From Ostreococcus lucimarinus (taxonomy: Eukaryota): 64,000 nt of DNA. The DNA is taken from assembly GCA_000092065.1 (NCBI GenBank), contig CP000595.1, one strand, 5' to 3'. Each line of letters begins with the position of its first letter. Position 1 is the stretch's first letter. This document shows, one piece after another, positions 18,502 to 28,921 of the stretch. Position numbers and translations under genes: made by a program. The notes below the pieces were generated by a model. That model was given only the letters and a program-made list of their open reading frames with translations, did not search any database and was not told where the DNA came from.

Positions 18502-19524
18502 CTATTCCTCGCACGTGTCCGAGCACTTGTCGGACGAGCCAACACACGTGCCCACGCTGCAACCGCGAAGCGCGTTGACGATGTTGCCGTCGTGCGCGAT
18601 GTTAAATACGACGACTGGGATATCGTTCTCTTCGCAAAGCGTGATGGCAGTTTGATCCATGACGCCCAAGCCGAGACGACGGACGGTTTCGTACGTCAGC
18701 GTCTTGTAGAGTTTGGCGTTGGCGTTCTTCTTGGGATCGCTGTCAAACACGCCGTCCACCTTGGTCGCCTTCAAGACGCACTGCGCGTTAATTTCCGCCG
18801 CACGAAGCGCGGCGCCGGTATCGGTGGTAAAGAAAGGGTTCCCCGTGCCCGCACCGAAGATGACCACTCGACCCTTTTCCAAGTGTCGAATCGCGCGACG
18901 GCGAATGTACGGCTCCGCCACTTCCTTAATTTCGAGCGCGCTCATCACTCGCGTCGGCACCCCTTTGGACTCGATCGCCGCCTGCAAGTTTAACGAGTTC
19001 ATCACCGTCGCGAGCATCCCCATGTAGTCCGCGCTCGCGCGATCCAACCCGTTTCCTTCCTTTTCGGCGCCTCGAAAAAAGTTGCCTCCGCCGACGACCA
19101 CCGCCACCTCGATCCCCGACATCGCCGCCTGCGCCACCTCGCTCGCGATCGACTTCACCACGTCCGGCGAGATCCCAAATCCATCCTCTCCCGCCAGCGC
19201 TTCCCCCGACACCTTCAGCATCACTCGACGCCACTTCCACCGTTCGAACCCGTCCTCGTCCTCGTCGTTCGCGCTCGCCTTCTCCCCCTTCCCCTTCTTC
19301 CGTCCCTCGCTCCTCATCGCCGATATCTCCAGTCCCTCCATCGCCGACTTCGCGTCCTCGTCCTCGCGGTCCACGATCGCGCGCGCTGTCGTCGTTCCTC
19401 CCCGTCCCCTCGCGTTCGTTCGCGCCGCCGCAATTCTTCCCCTCGGCGCGTTCGCGCGCGCCCTCGTTCGCGTCGTCGCGCCCGCGCGCGCGAATCCGCG
19501 CGCCGCGGCGTTCGCTCGCGTCAT
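18502..19524 (-). CDS. PYRH: UMP kinase (PyrH, bacterial/plastid type) with probable N-terminal transit peptide; conserved core is 18502..19341
   Basis: [24 protein letters not shown]...[11 protein letters not shown]...[13 protein letters not shown]...VDGVFDSDP are UMPK motifs. The most upstream plausible ATG ([15 protein letters not shown]..., Ala/Arg/Thr-rich) is at 19522-19524. The track ORF extends to 20268 through an Arg-rich artefact. Confidence 0.75.
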   Translation of the reverse strand: MTRANAAARGFARAGATTRTRARANAPRGRIAAARTNARGRGGTTTARAIVDREDEDAKSAMEGLEISAMRSEGRKKGKGEKASANDEDEDGFERWKWRRVMLKVSGEALAGEDGFGISPDVVKSIASEVAQAAMSGIEVAVVVGGGNFFRGAEKEGNGLDRASADYMGMLATVMNSLNLQAAIESKGVPTRVMSALEIKEVAEPYIRRRAIRHLEKGRVVIFGAGTGNPFFTTDTGAALRAAEINAQCVLKATKVDGVFDSDPKKNANAKLYKTLTYETVRRLGLGVMDQTAITLCEENDIPVVVFNIAHDGNIVNALRGCSVGTCVGSSDKCSDTCEE

Positions 19525-19728
19525 CGCTCGCGTTCGCGCGCGCGCGCGTCGTCGGCGTCGGCGTGTGCGACGCGCACGACGCGCGACGCGTTCGACACCG
19601 TCGGCGCGACGCCGCGCGTATGCGCAAACAGTGAGAGACCGCGCACCACCGCGCGCGCCGGCATTCCGCGGTCGCCCGATCGCGCGCGTCGCGCCGCGCC
19701 GACGGACGAGCGCTCGAGCGCCCGCGCG

Positions 19729-20952
19729 ATGCGCGCCTCCGCGTTCGATCGACGCCGCGCGTTCGCGCGCGCGCGCGCGCGCGAGGACGCGCGACGAGAC
19801 GCGCGCGCGTTCACGGTGCGCGGCGGTTGCGCGGCGCCGGCGGCGCTGACGCTGACGACGCGCGCGACGCGCGGGCGCGCGCGCGACGGCGCGCGCGCGG
19901 AGGGGAGACGGGCGAGTAATCGCGCGGTGCCGGACGTCGCGGCGAAAGCGAACGACGCGGGACGAAAGTCGCGGAAGAGGGCGATGACGTGCTACAGGCT
20001 CGCGGCGGAGCGCGATAACCCTATAGCGTGCGCGACGCACCTGGTGAAGCCGGCGGTGGCGATGTTCCTCGCGGGCGGCGTCGCCGGTGCGCTGGCGAAG
20101 ACGTGCACGGCGCCGCTGGATCGGCTGAAGATCATCATGCAGACGTCGGGGGCGTCGAGGGCGAGCGCGGCGAGCGTGGCGGCGGCGGACAAGGGGTTGT
20201 TGGCGGCGTTCGTGGCGATCGGAAAGACGGAGGGCGTGGCGGGATATTGGCGAGGAAACGTGCCGCAAGTGGTGCGAATTTTGCCGTATTCGAGCGCGAT
20301 GCTGTACTCGTACGAAGCGTACAAGAAAAAGTTGACGAATAAGGAAACCGGGGAGTTGGCGGTGCCGGCGCGTTTGCTCGCGGGCGCGGGCGCGGCGTGC
20401 ACGGCGACCATCGTGACGTACCCTCTCGATATCATTCGCCTTCGATTGAGCGTGGACACGAGTGCGAAGAGCATGGGCGACGTCGCCCGCACCATCTTGG
20501 CCAACGAAGGGCCGCTCGGGTTCTTCAAGGGTTTGCGAGCGACGTGCATTTCCATCGCGCCGTACAGCGCGCTCAACTTTTGCGCGTTTGATTTATTCAA
20601 AAAGGCGCTCCCGGAAGAAATTCGCAACGAAGCGCAAGGGATCGCCACGGCATCGCTTATGGCGACCGCGTTGGCCACGGGTTCGATGTATCCGCTGGAT
20701 ACTATTCGTCGTCAAATGCAGCTTCAAGGGAGCACGTACGCGAACATGCTCGACGCCGGTCGCGGCATCGTCGCCGCCAACGGCGTCGGTGGTCTCTTCC
20801 GCGGTTTCATCCCGAACGCGATGAAAAACATGCCGAACAAGTCCATCCAGCTCACCACGTTCGACGTCCTGAAGAAGGGCATCAGGCGTTCAGAGGTGGA
20901 GTACGCCAAAGAGGTCGCTATTTTAGCCGCCGAAAACAAAAAAATCAAGTGA
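19729..20952 (+). CDS. Mitochondrial carrier family (SLC25) protein, plastid/mito adenine-nucleotide-carrier-like, with N-terminal presequence
   Basis: Three Px[DE]xx[KR] repeats ([34 protein letters not shown]) and six TM segments. Head-to-head with UMPK, about 200 bp apart. Confidence 0.8.
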   Translation: MRASAFDRRRAFARARAREDARRDARAFTVRGGCAAPAALTLTTRATRGRARDGARAEGRRASNRAVPDVAAKANDAGRKSRKRAMTCYRLAAERDNPIACATHLVKPAVAMFLAGGVAGALAKTCTAPLDRLKIIMQTSGASRASAASVAAADKGLLAAFVAIGKTEGVAGYWRGNVPQVVRILPYSSAMLYSYEAYKKKLTNKETGELAVPARLLAGAGAACTATIVTYPLDIIRLRLSVDTSAKSMGDVARTILANEGPLGFFKGLRATCISIAPYSALNFCAFDLFKKALPEEIRNEAQGIATASLMATALATGSMYPLDTIRRQMQLQGSTYANMLDAGRGIVAANGVGGLFRGFIPNAMKNMPNKSIQLTTFDVLKKGIRRSEVEYAKEVAILAAENKKIK

Positions 20953-21189
20953 TCGTTCGATCGCATCTTTTTCCATTGACCCCCCGACACCGACACCGAC
21001 TTCTTCACATCGCGTCTTCGCTCTGGCACTCCCATACGCGAGCTGCTCCCGATTCTCGTTCGGTTGTAACACTACGAGAATCCGACGGATTTCTGGAACG
21101 CGAGCGCGTCGCGTCGCGTCGAATCGCCTTCGAACGTTCCATCTTCGCTCACCGTCGCACTACAAAATTACACGCGCTCTCGCGCTCTA

Positions 21190-21456
21190 CTACTTACAAT
21201 CATCCCTGTACTCAAACAACCCGCAATCTCCTCCCCAGGGAAACTGCTCGCGATTGCGAATTCTCAGGTACGAGTACGCCGGGTTCTCGTGCCCGTGTCC
21301 GTGCGCCGCGTTGGACAGCGTGTACACCCCGAACCCAGCGCACGCGGGTATGACGAGCATGGAGACGGCGCGCCATTTATTCATCTCCGCTGTTTCATCG
21401 CGTCGATCGCGTTTCAGCGCGTCAGTCGCGCGCGCTCGTCGTTTTCGCGCGCGCAT
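21190..21456 (-). CDS. COX6A: Cytochrome c oxidase subunit 6a (COX6A) homolog
   Basis: WRAVSMLVIPACAGFGVYTLSNAAHGHGHENPAYSYLRIRNREQFPWGGDCGLFE matches COX6A ([57 protein letters not shown]). Start at 21454-21456 (MRARKRRARA presequence) or at 21382-21384. Confidence 0.6.
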   Translation of the reverse strand: MRARKRRARATDALKRDRRDETAEMNKWRAVSMLVIPACAGFGVYTLSNAAHGHGHENPAYSYLRIRNREQFPWGGDCGLFEYRDDCK

Positions 21457-21806
21457 CGTCGTCGCGTCGCGATCGTTCGGTTCGCGCGTTCGTTCGTTCG
21501 CGCGCGCGACGCACCGATCTCTTCCTCGACGCTCGCGCCGGAGCTCATCGAGCGGGCGCGGGAAATTTGTTCGACGCGTTTGGGCGATCGCGCGGCGCGC
21601 GCGACGAGTCGGGCGAGCATGGCGAGCGCGCGTGTGTGCGGGCTGGGGTCGCGCGCGCGCGCGCGGATCCCCGGGTGGGAATCCGAGGTGGGGTGATGGT
21701 ACAAACCTATGACGAGCTATGGGATCTAATGACGACGCGATCGCGACGATCGCGCGAGGGTGAGAGGGAAAGGACACGACGCGTGACCGGGGACGACGGC
21801 GTGGGG

Positions 21807-22523
21807 CTACTTTTGGACGAGCGACGCGCGCTCGGCGACGTCGACGTCGTCGCCGCGCACGCGAGCGATGACAAAGGGACCGGCGGCGCGCACGTGCGCG
21901 GCGGTGCGATATCCCTTGTGCTGGTGGAACTTGAGACAGACGAAGAAAATCAACGTCGTGGCGAAGAAGACGAGGTTGTGCCAAGCCAAACTTTCGAAAC
22001 TTTTGGCGAAATCAAACATGACGTACACGGCTTTGCCCGTGGCGTAGAATCGATACCAGCAAAAGAAGACGTACGCCTGAACGAAGAGGATGGACCAACC
22101 GAAGTCTCGTCGACGCATGGGTAAGGCGCCGAGTAAAAACTCAAGGAGTAAAACGACCATATTCCCGGCGTGTTCGACCAGGCGGTACCACTCGAGGTAG
22201 CAATCGGGATAGTTGTCCACGCCCTCGAGCGCCCGACACATCGGAAACGCGAAGAACGAGTACCACGCTCCAGCGCTCGATAACACGTTCGTCGTCCACG
22301 CAACGCCGTACGCGATCACTAAAACATTTGTCAAACCGTCTAATTCCCCCTCTTCTCGCTCAGTTCTATACATGTTCATCCCCAGCGCTCCCTCTAAGAC
22401 GAACAACAATAAAATCGTCCAGTCGCTCAGGTAGTCGAACCCATCCGTCTTTCGAACCTGCATCGAGTGCTCGTAAACCATGTGATAGCAGAAGAAAAAC
22501 ACCCCGAACGCGAACGTCCCCAT
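21807..22523 (-). CDS. AIG1/FAR-17a (ADTRP)-family multi-pass membrane protein
   Basis: Colinear blocks with AIG1: FDYLSDWTILLLFVLEG; MCRALEGVDNYPDCYLEWYRLVEHAGNMVVLLLEFLL against the [29 protein letters not shown] block; FVQAYVFFCWYRFYATGKAVYVMFD against [25 protein letters not shown]. Confidence 0.5.
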   Translation of the reverse strand: MGTFAFGVFFFCYHMVYEHSMQVRKTDGFDYLSDWTILLLFVLEGALGMNMYRTEREEGELDGLTNVLVIAYGVAWTTNVLSSAGAWYSFFAFPMCRALEGVDNYPDCYLEWYRLVEHAGNMVVLLLEFLLGALPMRRRDFGWSILFVQAYVFFCWYRFYATGKAVYVMFDFAKSFESLAWHNLVFFATTLIFFVCLKFHQHKGYRTAAHVRAAGPFVIARVRGDDVDVAERASLVQK

Positions 22524-22574
22524 TCGTAACGCGAACAGCGCGGCCCTGGTGCGGAGGAAACGCGCGCGAGTCCG

Positions 22575-22940
22575 TCAGTCAATGTCAATCTTCAAACCGC
22601 GCGCTTCGCCGCGGAGGCCAACACCAAACGCGCGAGGCGAATCCGAATTCATCTTCCACGAGGCAACGCGCTCGCTCGCGCGCTCGCTCGAGAAAATGCA
22701 CTTCACGACGTACTTTGGAACGAATCGCGACGACGAGGAGACGCGCTCGAAGCTCACGTTGGCGACGCCGTCGATTTTCGGCATGGCGATCACGTTGTGC
22801 GCAGCCAGGGCGCCCCAAGCGACGACGCTCGTGATGGTCGCCGTCGTCGTCCACTGCGGTGGAGGCTTGCGTATGCGCAGATCATCGAAATCTATGTCAT
22901 CTTCCTCGAGCTCGGCGCGATCGGGCGCCGCGCGAGGCAT
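22575..22940 (-). CDS. Possible small hypothetical protein, 121 aa, no recognisable family
   Basis: ATG at 22938-22940, normal amino-acid complexity (…WTTTATITSVVAWGALAAHNVIAMPKIDGVANVSFERV…), and a local GC dip. An overlapping plus-strand ORF at 22549..22998 is equally unrecognisable, so coding status is unresolved. Confidence 0.2.
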   Translation of the reverse strand: MPRAAPDRAELEEDDIDFDDLRIRKPPPQWTTTATITSVVAWGALAAHNVIAMPKIDGVANVSFERVSSSSRFVPKYVVKCIFSSERASERVASWKMNSDSPRAFGVGLRGEARGLKIDID

Positions 22941-23100
22941 TGGAGCGCGGACGCGAGTCGCGCACTGCGGCGCGCGGCGCAGCCGGGAAGGCGGTTGAGG
23001 CGTAGGACGTCTACGAAGGCGGTGCGTTCGTTCGCTCGCGTGCTGTGCGTGCTGCGCTAGATAATTAATGATGATGCTACGTCGAAATTATGGTCATCGA

Positions 23101-24165
23101 TCACGCGCGTAAGACCTTGAGCCAGCGGTCGACGACGGCGTCGCTTCCGTACCAGTGAAACTTTGACGGTTCGTCAAACGTGCCGACGGTGGACATCGAG
23201 TGCCAGCAGGCGTCGATGACGATCATTTCGGCGCCCTCTAACGCAAGTGCGGCGCAGTTTGGTACGACAGCGTCGCCTTCGACGCCGTCTCCGTCGCCAC
23301 CGGCGACGACGGCGTAGGAACCGGCTGCATATTTGCCGATGGTTTTCGGCTCCGCCGACGCGTTTCCGACGACGGCGCGTCCCGTGACGCAGACGTACTG
23401 AACATCCGGTTCAAAGTACGCGCCGGGCCAAGTATCGTTTACCCATTTAGATGCCCCGCGCGTTGGATCTGACTTCGCATCCTGCGCGTGTGGCGTCCCT
23501 AAGCATATCAAACGTCGCACACGCTCGTCCCGCTTCAAGAAATCTCCGGAGCACTCTACCTCGCTCGCATTCATCGCCAGTGCGCCGCCGATGAACGCCC
23601 GCGCGAGCCACCCACCGGCAGAGTGCGCGACAATGTCAACGCTCGTCGCTTCAGGGTTCGCTCGCAACGCCTCTTTCACGCACGCGTCGACGCGTTCTAA
23701 ATACCACCCGTAGCTCTCTCGCGTCGTGCACGCGTTCATCCAAAACCCCTTCGTGAAGATCCCTCGCAAAATCCCCACGAACCAATCTTTTCGCTCGACC
23801 TCAGCGACGTGCACGCTGAACCCTCTCGAGCGCAGTGACTTCGCCAGGCTCGCCTCGTCGTTCCCAAGCGCGTCCTCGTAGTCGCTCGAGCAGTTCCCGA
23901 ACCCGCTCAGCACGACGATCGGATTCGCCGACGCCGACGCTCGCACGCGCGTGTCGTCGCTCGATGCATCACTGACGTCGATGACGTCCGCCGATGCGCG
24001 CGTGAGCGTGAGAAACGCGTCCGAACGCGACGCTTTCGCGGCATCCAGACTTTGTCCCAGTCCCAGCGGCGCGAGCCTCGCGAGGGGCGGTTTGCTCGAC
24101 GCGCGCGCTCGTAACGGCGAGAAAGCGGTGCGCGCGGTCGAGGACAACGCGTCTGACGCGCGCAT
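23101..24165 (-). CDS. Alpha/beta-hydrolase fold protein (lipase-like, nucleophile motif AHSAGG) with plastid-type transit peptide
   Basis: IVVLSGFGNCSSDYE...VDIVAHSAGGWLARAF carries a GxSxG. N-terminus MRASDALSSTARTAFSPLRARASSKPPLARLAPL is transit-peptide-like. Confidence 0.6.
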   Translation of the reverse strand: MRASDALSSTARTAFSPLRARASSKPPLARLAPLGLGQSLDAAKASRSDAFLTLTRASADVIDVSDASSDDTRVRASASANPIVVLSGFGNCSSDYEDALGNDEASLAKSLRSRGFSVHVAEVERKDWFVGILRGIFTKGFWMNACTTRESYGWYLERVDACVKEALRANPEATSVDIVAHSAGGWLARAFIGGALAMNASEVECSGDFLKRDERVRRLICLGTPHAQDAKSDPTRGASKWVNDTWPGAYFEPDVQYVCVTGRAVVGNASAEPKTIGKYAAGSYAVVAGGDGDGVEGDAVVPNCAALALEGAEMIVIDACWHSMSTVGTFDEPSKFHWYGSDAVVDRWLKVLRA

Positions 24166-24241
24166 CGCGGTCGATGGACGCTCGCGCGCGGTGGCGTCGA
24201 GCGTCGGCGAGTGAGGTCGGAGTGAAATATCTAAGACTATT

Positions 24242-25282
24242 TTAAGACTGCGCGTTCAACTGGGCCAATAATTTCGCTTTCTTCTCCGCCAATAGCCGCT
24301 CAAGGTCGATGACTTCCTCCTGATCCTCGATGGATTCCTTCTGCTTCTTAGTCGCCGGTTCGTCAGCCTCGGACGCTTCCGGTTCCTCCGCTTCTTCTAC
24401 GTCTTCATCTGACTCGACAGCTTCGGGCGTCTGTTCGCGTTCGACTTCCACGCGCACGATGTGATTACCGATCTTTTTCCCGTCCTTGATCCCCTTCCCG
24501 TCGAGCGTCTTCGTATCCCCACTCTTCGTTTCTTCGTCGAAATACATCGTTTCCACTCCGTGCACGGTCTCGACCTCGAAAAATCCGCCCTCGAGCGCGT
24601 CCTTTGCGCTCAGCCTCAGCGTCGACGTCACGTTCAAACCATCTCTCGAGAACACTTTACTAGGCAAAATCCGCACCCTCACGTGTTGCGTGCGACCACT
24701 AATGGGTAATCTACTCCCATCCAACACTCCCGCCGGCACATGCACGCGTCCATGAAAGAAATCATCCTTGACGCCGTCGCCGCCGCATTTTCGGCACGTC
24801 TCGGGCTTCCCGAATCCCCGTCCATCGCACGTTCCACACGTCCCTTGGCTCCCCACCGCTGTTCCTCCCCGATTTGCACACCCCTCGCACTTCAAACACG
24901 CCATCCCCACGCCTTGACAGCTCGAGCACAGCAGCTTAAACGGTATCATCGCCAACTTTGTCGTCCCCGTCACGCTCTCCTTAAAGCTCACATTCACCAG
25001 CACGTCGTCCCTCTTCGCTCCGTTCAGCTCGCACTTTTGATCGTACGCCGCGCGTGAGACTTCATCCTTGAGCACTTCGTACGCGTTCGCGACGTTTCGA
25101 AACCGCACGCGCGCCTCGTCGCGTTCGGCATCCGTTTTCGTCGTTCGGGACACTTTGTCCGGGTGCAATTGCAGCGCGAGTTTCTTATACGCACGCTTGA
25201 TCTCATCCGTCGTCGCCGCGCTTTGCACGCCCAATATTTCATACGCGTTCATCCCGCTCGCGCCCGCGCTCGTCGACGCCAT
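24242..25282 (-). CDS. DnaJ/Hsp40 co-chaperone: J domain plus Cys-rich CxxCxGxG zinc-finger region
   Basis: MNAYEILGVQSAATTDEIKRAYKKLALQLHPDK is the J-domain HPD motif. CSSCQGVGMACLKCEGC...CGTCDGRGF...CRKCGGDG is the zinc-finger region. Confidence 0.8.
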   Translation of the reverse strand: MASTSAGASGMNAYEILGVQSAATTDEIKRAYKKLALQLHPDKVSRTTKTDAERDEARVRFRNVANAYEVLKDEVSRAAYDQKCELNGAKRDDVLVNVSFKESVTGTTKLAMIPFKLLCSSCQGVGMACLKCEGCANRGGTAVGSQGTCGTCDGRGFGKPETCRKCGGDGVKDDFFHGRVHVPAGVLDGSRLPISGRTQHVRVRILPSKVFSRDGLNVTSTLRLSAKDALEGGFFEVETVHGVETMYFDEETKSGDTKTLDGKGIKDGKKIGNHIVRVEVEREQTPEAVESDEDVEEAEEPEASEADEPATKKQKESIEDQEEVIDLERLLAEKKAKLLAQLNAQS

Positions 25283-25353
25283 CGCGCGCTTCGGTGCGTC
25301 GATCTCTGCCGACTCGAACGAAAAGCGCGGTCCCGCACACGACGACGCGCGGC

Positions 25354-26244
25354 ATGGCGCAACCGAGCGCGCTTCCGATCGCGAGCGCGGACGTCAAGCG
25401 AGAACTCGCGTCGAGCGATGATCGCGTCGTCACCGCCGCGGCGTCCGCGCTCGGTGCGCTCGCCGTGCGCGTGCAGTTGCCGACAGATTTCGCAGCCCTG
25501 GTGGATGATTTAATGGACGCGCTCGAACGCGATGGCGCGAAAACGGGGAAGAAAGACGCTAGAAAACTTGCGAGCGTGCTAGCGGCGCTGAGTGGACTGT
25601 GCGCGAGCGTAGATGGGGCGCGGGGAAGGGCGCTGGATCGAGGGGCGGCGGCGACGGTGACGCGAGAGGCGCTCGGCGCGAACGAGGACGGTGCGAATGA
25701 TGAAGAGACGGACGCCGTGCGCGTGAACGCGCTGGATTTCTTTCGATTCTTGCAGCATGATGACGACAGGCGAGGTTTTGAGGCGGTGCGAGGGGATTCG
25801 AGATGCATGGCGTTCGTATTGGCGTCGGCGCGCGAGCGAGGGTCGCGCGAGATGGATTTTATGAAGCGCGTCGGCGGCGTGGATTTAGTGGTGAATTTTG
25901 CACAGCAAGTGGCGGCAGACGACGAGAAATTTGATGCACTTATTCGTGAGGGCGCGTTTGAGGTGTTCACGCACGCGTTGCTCGCAGATGAGGACGAGGT
26001 CACCGTTCGCGGGCTCATCGGACTCGCTTGCGCGCTGCCGAGACGACGGGCGCTGCGCGTCAAACTCGCTGAAGACGGCGAGTGCGTGCGACGGCTCGCG
26101 ACCCTGATGGGATCATCCACGGATGAAAGTCTCAAGGGCTTCGCCGGGGGTTTGTTCCGAGCCTTAGCGCTCGATCCCGAGACGAAAGGTTTAGTCGAGA
26201 AGGCGCTGCGAGAAGGCGGTGCCGGCGTGCTGCAAACAGCTTGA
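25354..26244 (+). CDS. Hypothetical helical protein (armadillo-like?), function unknown
   Basis: The track start at 25294 is GTG; the first ATG is at 25354 (MAQPSALPIASADVKRELASSDDRVV...). Continuous non-repetitive ORF to 26244. Start-to-start with DnaJ, 72 bp apart. Confidence 0.4.
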   Translation: MAQPSALPIASADVKRELASSDDRVVTAAASALGALAVRVQLPTDFAALVDDLMDALERDGAKTGKKDARKLASVLAALSGLCASVDGARGRALDRGAAATVTREALGANEDGANDEETDAVRVNALDFFRFLQHDDDRRGFEAVRGDSRCMAFVLASARERGSREMDFMKRVGGVDLVVNFAQQVAADDEKFDALIREGAFEVFTHALLADEDEVTVRGLIGLACALPRRRALRVKLAEDGECVRRLATLMGSSTDESLKGFAGGLFRALALDPETKGLVEKALREGGAGVLQTA

Positions 26245-26407
26245 TAAACATCGATCCCGGCTCGCCGCCGCCCGATACCGCTCGTATTTGATGTAGTATT
26301 CATTTGCCATTGTCTAGGATGTTTCCCGTCGTCGCGCGCGCGTCATCGCCTCACTTCGTCTCTCTCTCGCGGCTTCACTTCACTTCGCGCCTCGCGCTCC
26401 GCGCTCG

Positions 26408-28651
26408 ATGCCTCCTCGACGATCGACCCGATCGCGATCGCCCTCGAAAGAGGCGCGAGACGCGATCAACAACGCCGCCGTCGCGTCATCCGCGCGCGCG
26501 CCCGCGGAAATGCGTCAAGACGACGCGCAGAATGAAAAAGAAGGCGGCGGCGCGGTGGAATCCATGTCAATCGAAGCGACGAATGCGATGCGTTTAAAGC
26601 TCGGTTTAGCGCCCTTGCGCGAAGGAGCGTCGAAGAAAACCCATGACGCGGACGCTTTACGTCGTGATGAGGCGAAAGCGGCGGAAACGGCGGCGCTGGC
26701 GGAGAAGATTGCTGCGAGGAAGCGTCAGAGGGAGATTGAAAAGTTGAACGCGGCGACTACAAAGCTCGGCGACGCGGACGATGAGGAGGAAGACGCGGGA
26801 GCTTGGTTGGCGAAGAGCAAAACGAAGATGGCGACGAAAGCGCAGGAGTTGGAACGCGCGAAAGCGGCCAAAGTTGCGGCGATGTTCGCGGAGAGGGATG
26901 AGGACGCGGAGGCGAGCGCGTCGGAGGAGGAGGACGAGGGGGCGAAGAAATCAAAGTCGGCGGCGTACACGTCGAAGGATTTGCGCGGACTCAAGGTGAG
27001 GCACACCGCGGATGAAATTAATGAAGGTCAAGAGGTGGTGTTGACGCTGAAGGATACGAGCGTGTTGGATGATGAGGATGATGAATTAGAAAACGTCTTA
27101 ATCGCCGAGCGCAAGTCGCGTAAAAAGGCGAGAAAGGAGTCAACGAAGAAGAGTGACGACCCTTTCGGGGAGGGCAAGGATGTGGAGGCCAAGAAAACGG
27201 TGTTAGGAAAGTACGACGCTCATGATGAGGATGCGGCAATGGAACTCGACGGTGAGGGTGGCCTCGACGCGGCTGAGGAGAAGCGAAAGGCAGAAATCAA
27301 GGCGCGACTCGCCGCCGAACTCTCGGGATTGAAGGGTAAAGCGGAAACCGCGGAAGTTGTCAAGGGTGAGCAAGCTGATTTTCACACCCAAGAAGAGATG
27401 CAAGCTAAGTTTGTGAAGCGCGAAAAGAAGAAGAAGATGCGCAAAAAATTGAGAAAGAAGCATATCGATGCTGCGGAGCTCGAGCAAGACGCGCTGGCGC
27501 CAGAGTCGAGCGATCTCGGTTCACGACGCTCGCGCGGCGAGTCTAGTGCCGAAGCTAAGGCCACGACTAATGAGAAAGACGCGAAGTTCGCGAATGCGTT
27601 GCAAAAAGCTCGTGAAGTGACCGATAAGAAGATTCTCGCTGAACTCGCCGGCGAAGCAGAGGAAGAGGAAGACGACGAGCTCGCTCGTGCGCTCGCAAGG
27701 AGCCGGAAGATGGCAAATATTTCGAACAAAGCAGCGCGCTCGGCGCCGGCAGACGTGGTCGCGCAAGTGGCGGCGCGTCGTCAAGCAGATGAGGCGAAGG
27801 CTCGAGAGAACGCCGCGAATGTCGCCGACGAATCTCTAGTTTTTACAGACATGTCTGAGTTTGTTCAAGGCATCAACACTCAAGACGGCGCGCTCGATGA
27901 GGTCTACGACGAAGACGCAGACACTGAGGAAATGCCAGACGTACCGCCGCCGCCACCACCGGGCGGTGAAGACGAGCCGATGGACGATGAAATGCCAGAT
28001 GTGCCGCCACCGCCACCGCAAGAGGAAGTCGACGCGCACGTTAACATGCCCGTACTCGCGGAAAAGCACGTCGTGCAAAAAGGGTTGGCGAGCACACTCG
28101 CTCTTCTCAAAGACAAGGCTCAACTCGATGATGCGCAAAACACGCGCTGGAGTGGGCGCGCCAACGACATGAAGGATCGATTCGACAGACAGCACGTGCT
28201 CGAGGCGCACGCCATAGAAGAAAAAGCCGTCGACGGCTACAAGTTCGGTTTCAAGCTCGATAAGTTGGACGAGTTCGGACGGAAGCTCACCCCGAAAGAG
28301 GCGTTTAGAGAGCTTTGCCATCGTTTCCACGGCATCGAGCCTGGCAAAATGAAGCGCGAAAAGCGCCTGCGACAATTCCAGGAGGAGCAACAGCGTCTCA
28401 AGGCGTCAAGCGTCATGGACGACCGCATCAAGGACGTACAGCGCGATCAAGCGACGCCTTACGTCGTACTTAGCGGTCACGTGAGGGCTGGACAGGCGAG
28501 AAACGCTGATCCGGTGGCGACGATGAAGCGCGAACAGGAATCCGCGCGCGCCACCCCCGCCGCCGCGTCGCGCGGTCCATCATCGGCATCCGGTCTGAAG
28601 GCTTCCAACGCGACAAAAGTCTCGTTTGCGATGAAACCATCGAAGAAGTAA
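26408..28651 (+). CDS. SART1: SART1/Snu66 (U4/U6.U5 tri-snRNP-associated protein 1)
   Basis: SIEATNAMRLKLGLAPL is the SART-1 signature. C-terminal block GYKFGFKLDKLDEFGRKLTPKEAFRELCHRFHGIEPGKMKREKRLRQFQEE...ATPYVVLSG is colinear with SART1. Internal duplication MPDVPPPPP x2 at 27931-28020. Confidence 0.8.
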   Translation: MPPRRSTRSRSPSKEARDAINNAAVASSARAPAEMRQDDAQNEKEGGGAVESMSIEATNAMRLKLGLAPLREGASKKTHDADALRRDEAKAAETAALAEKIAARKRQREIEKLNAATTKLGDADDEEEDAGAWLAKSKTKMATKAQELERAKAAKVAAMFAERDEDAEASASEEEDEGAKKSKSAAYTSKDLRGLKVRHTADEINEGQEVVLTLKDTSVLDDEDDELENVLIAERKSRKKARKESTKKSDDPFGEGKDVEAKKTVLGKYDAHDEDAAMELDGEGGLDAAEEKRKAEIKARLAAELSGLKGKAETAEVVKGEQADFHTQEEMQAKFVKREKKKKMRKKLRKKHIDAAELEQDALAPESSDLGSRRSRGESSAEAKATTNEKDAKFANALQKAREVTDKKILAELAGEAEEEEDDELARALARSRKMANISNKAARSAPADVVAQVAARRQADEAKARENAANVADESLVFTDMSEFVQGINTQDGALDEVYDEDADTEEMPDVPPPPPPGGEDEPMDDEMPDVPPPPPQEEVDAHVNMPVLAEKHVVQKGLASTLALLKDKAQLDDAQNTRWSGRANDMKDRFDRQHVLEAHAIEEKAVDGYKFGFKLDKLDEFGRKLTPKEAFRELCHRFHGIEPGKMKREKRLRQFQEEQQRLKASSVMDDRIKDVQRDQATPYVVLSGHVRAGQARNADPVATMKREQESARATPAAASRGPSSASGLKASNATKVSFAMKPSKK

Positions 28652-28749
28652 TCCGTAGCACGCGTCATTAGAATATCACGTGTAGAGCAATTAGTTTGAC
28701 GTCGCCGCGCGCGCGCCGAGATCGACGCTTCACTCTTCGCCTCGCTCCG

Positions 28750-28872
28750 ATGCCCGCGAAACCGAAATCGCGCGCCAAAGAGCTCGCCGCGCGCGACGAC
28801 GCAGACGATGGCACCGTCGACGCCGTCGACGCCGGCGCCCTCGATCGCGCGTGCGCTACAATCGCAGAAAAG
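28750..28872 (+). CDS. Small coiled-coil protein, 142 aa, exon 1; putative join(28750..28872,28922..29227); family not recognised
   Basis: MPAKPKSRAKELAARDD...ATIAEK then AAG|gtacaac. Intron of 49 nt ends ...ccgtag|GTC. The downstream frame is closed by that TAG, so exon 2 has no ATG of its own (the track shows a GTG start). Confidence 0.3.
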
Positions 28873-28921
28873 GTACAACACGCGCGCGGTGCCGACTTTC
28901 AACATTCTCACGACGCCGTAG

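Noticed and set aside
18502-20268. Upstream 300 codons of the 588-aa UMP kinase ORF, and the overlapping ORFs 18926..19627 and 19082..19849.
   Set aside because: Arg/Ala/Gly low complexity. They overlap the well-supported mitochondrial-carrier gene on the other strand. UMPK homology starts near 19341.
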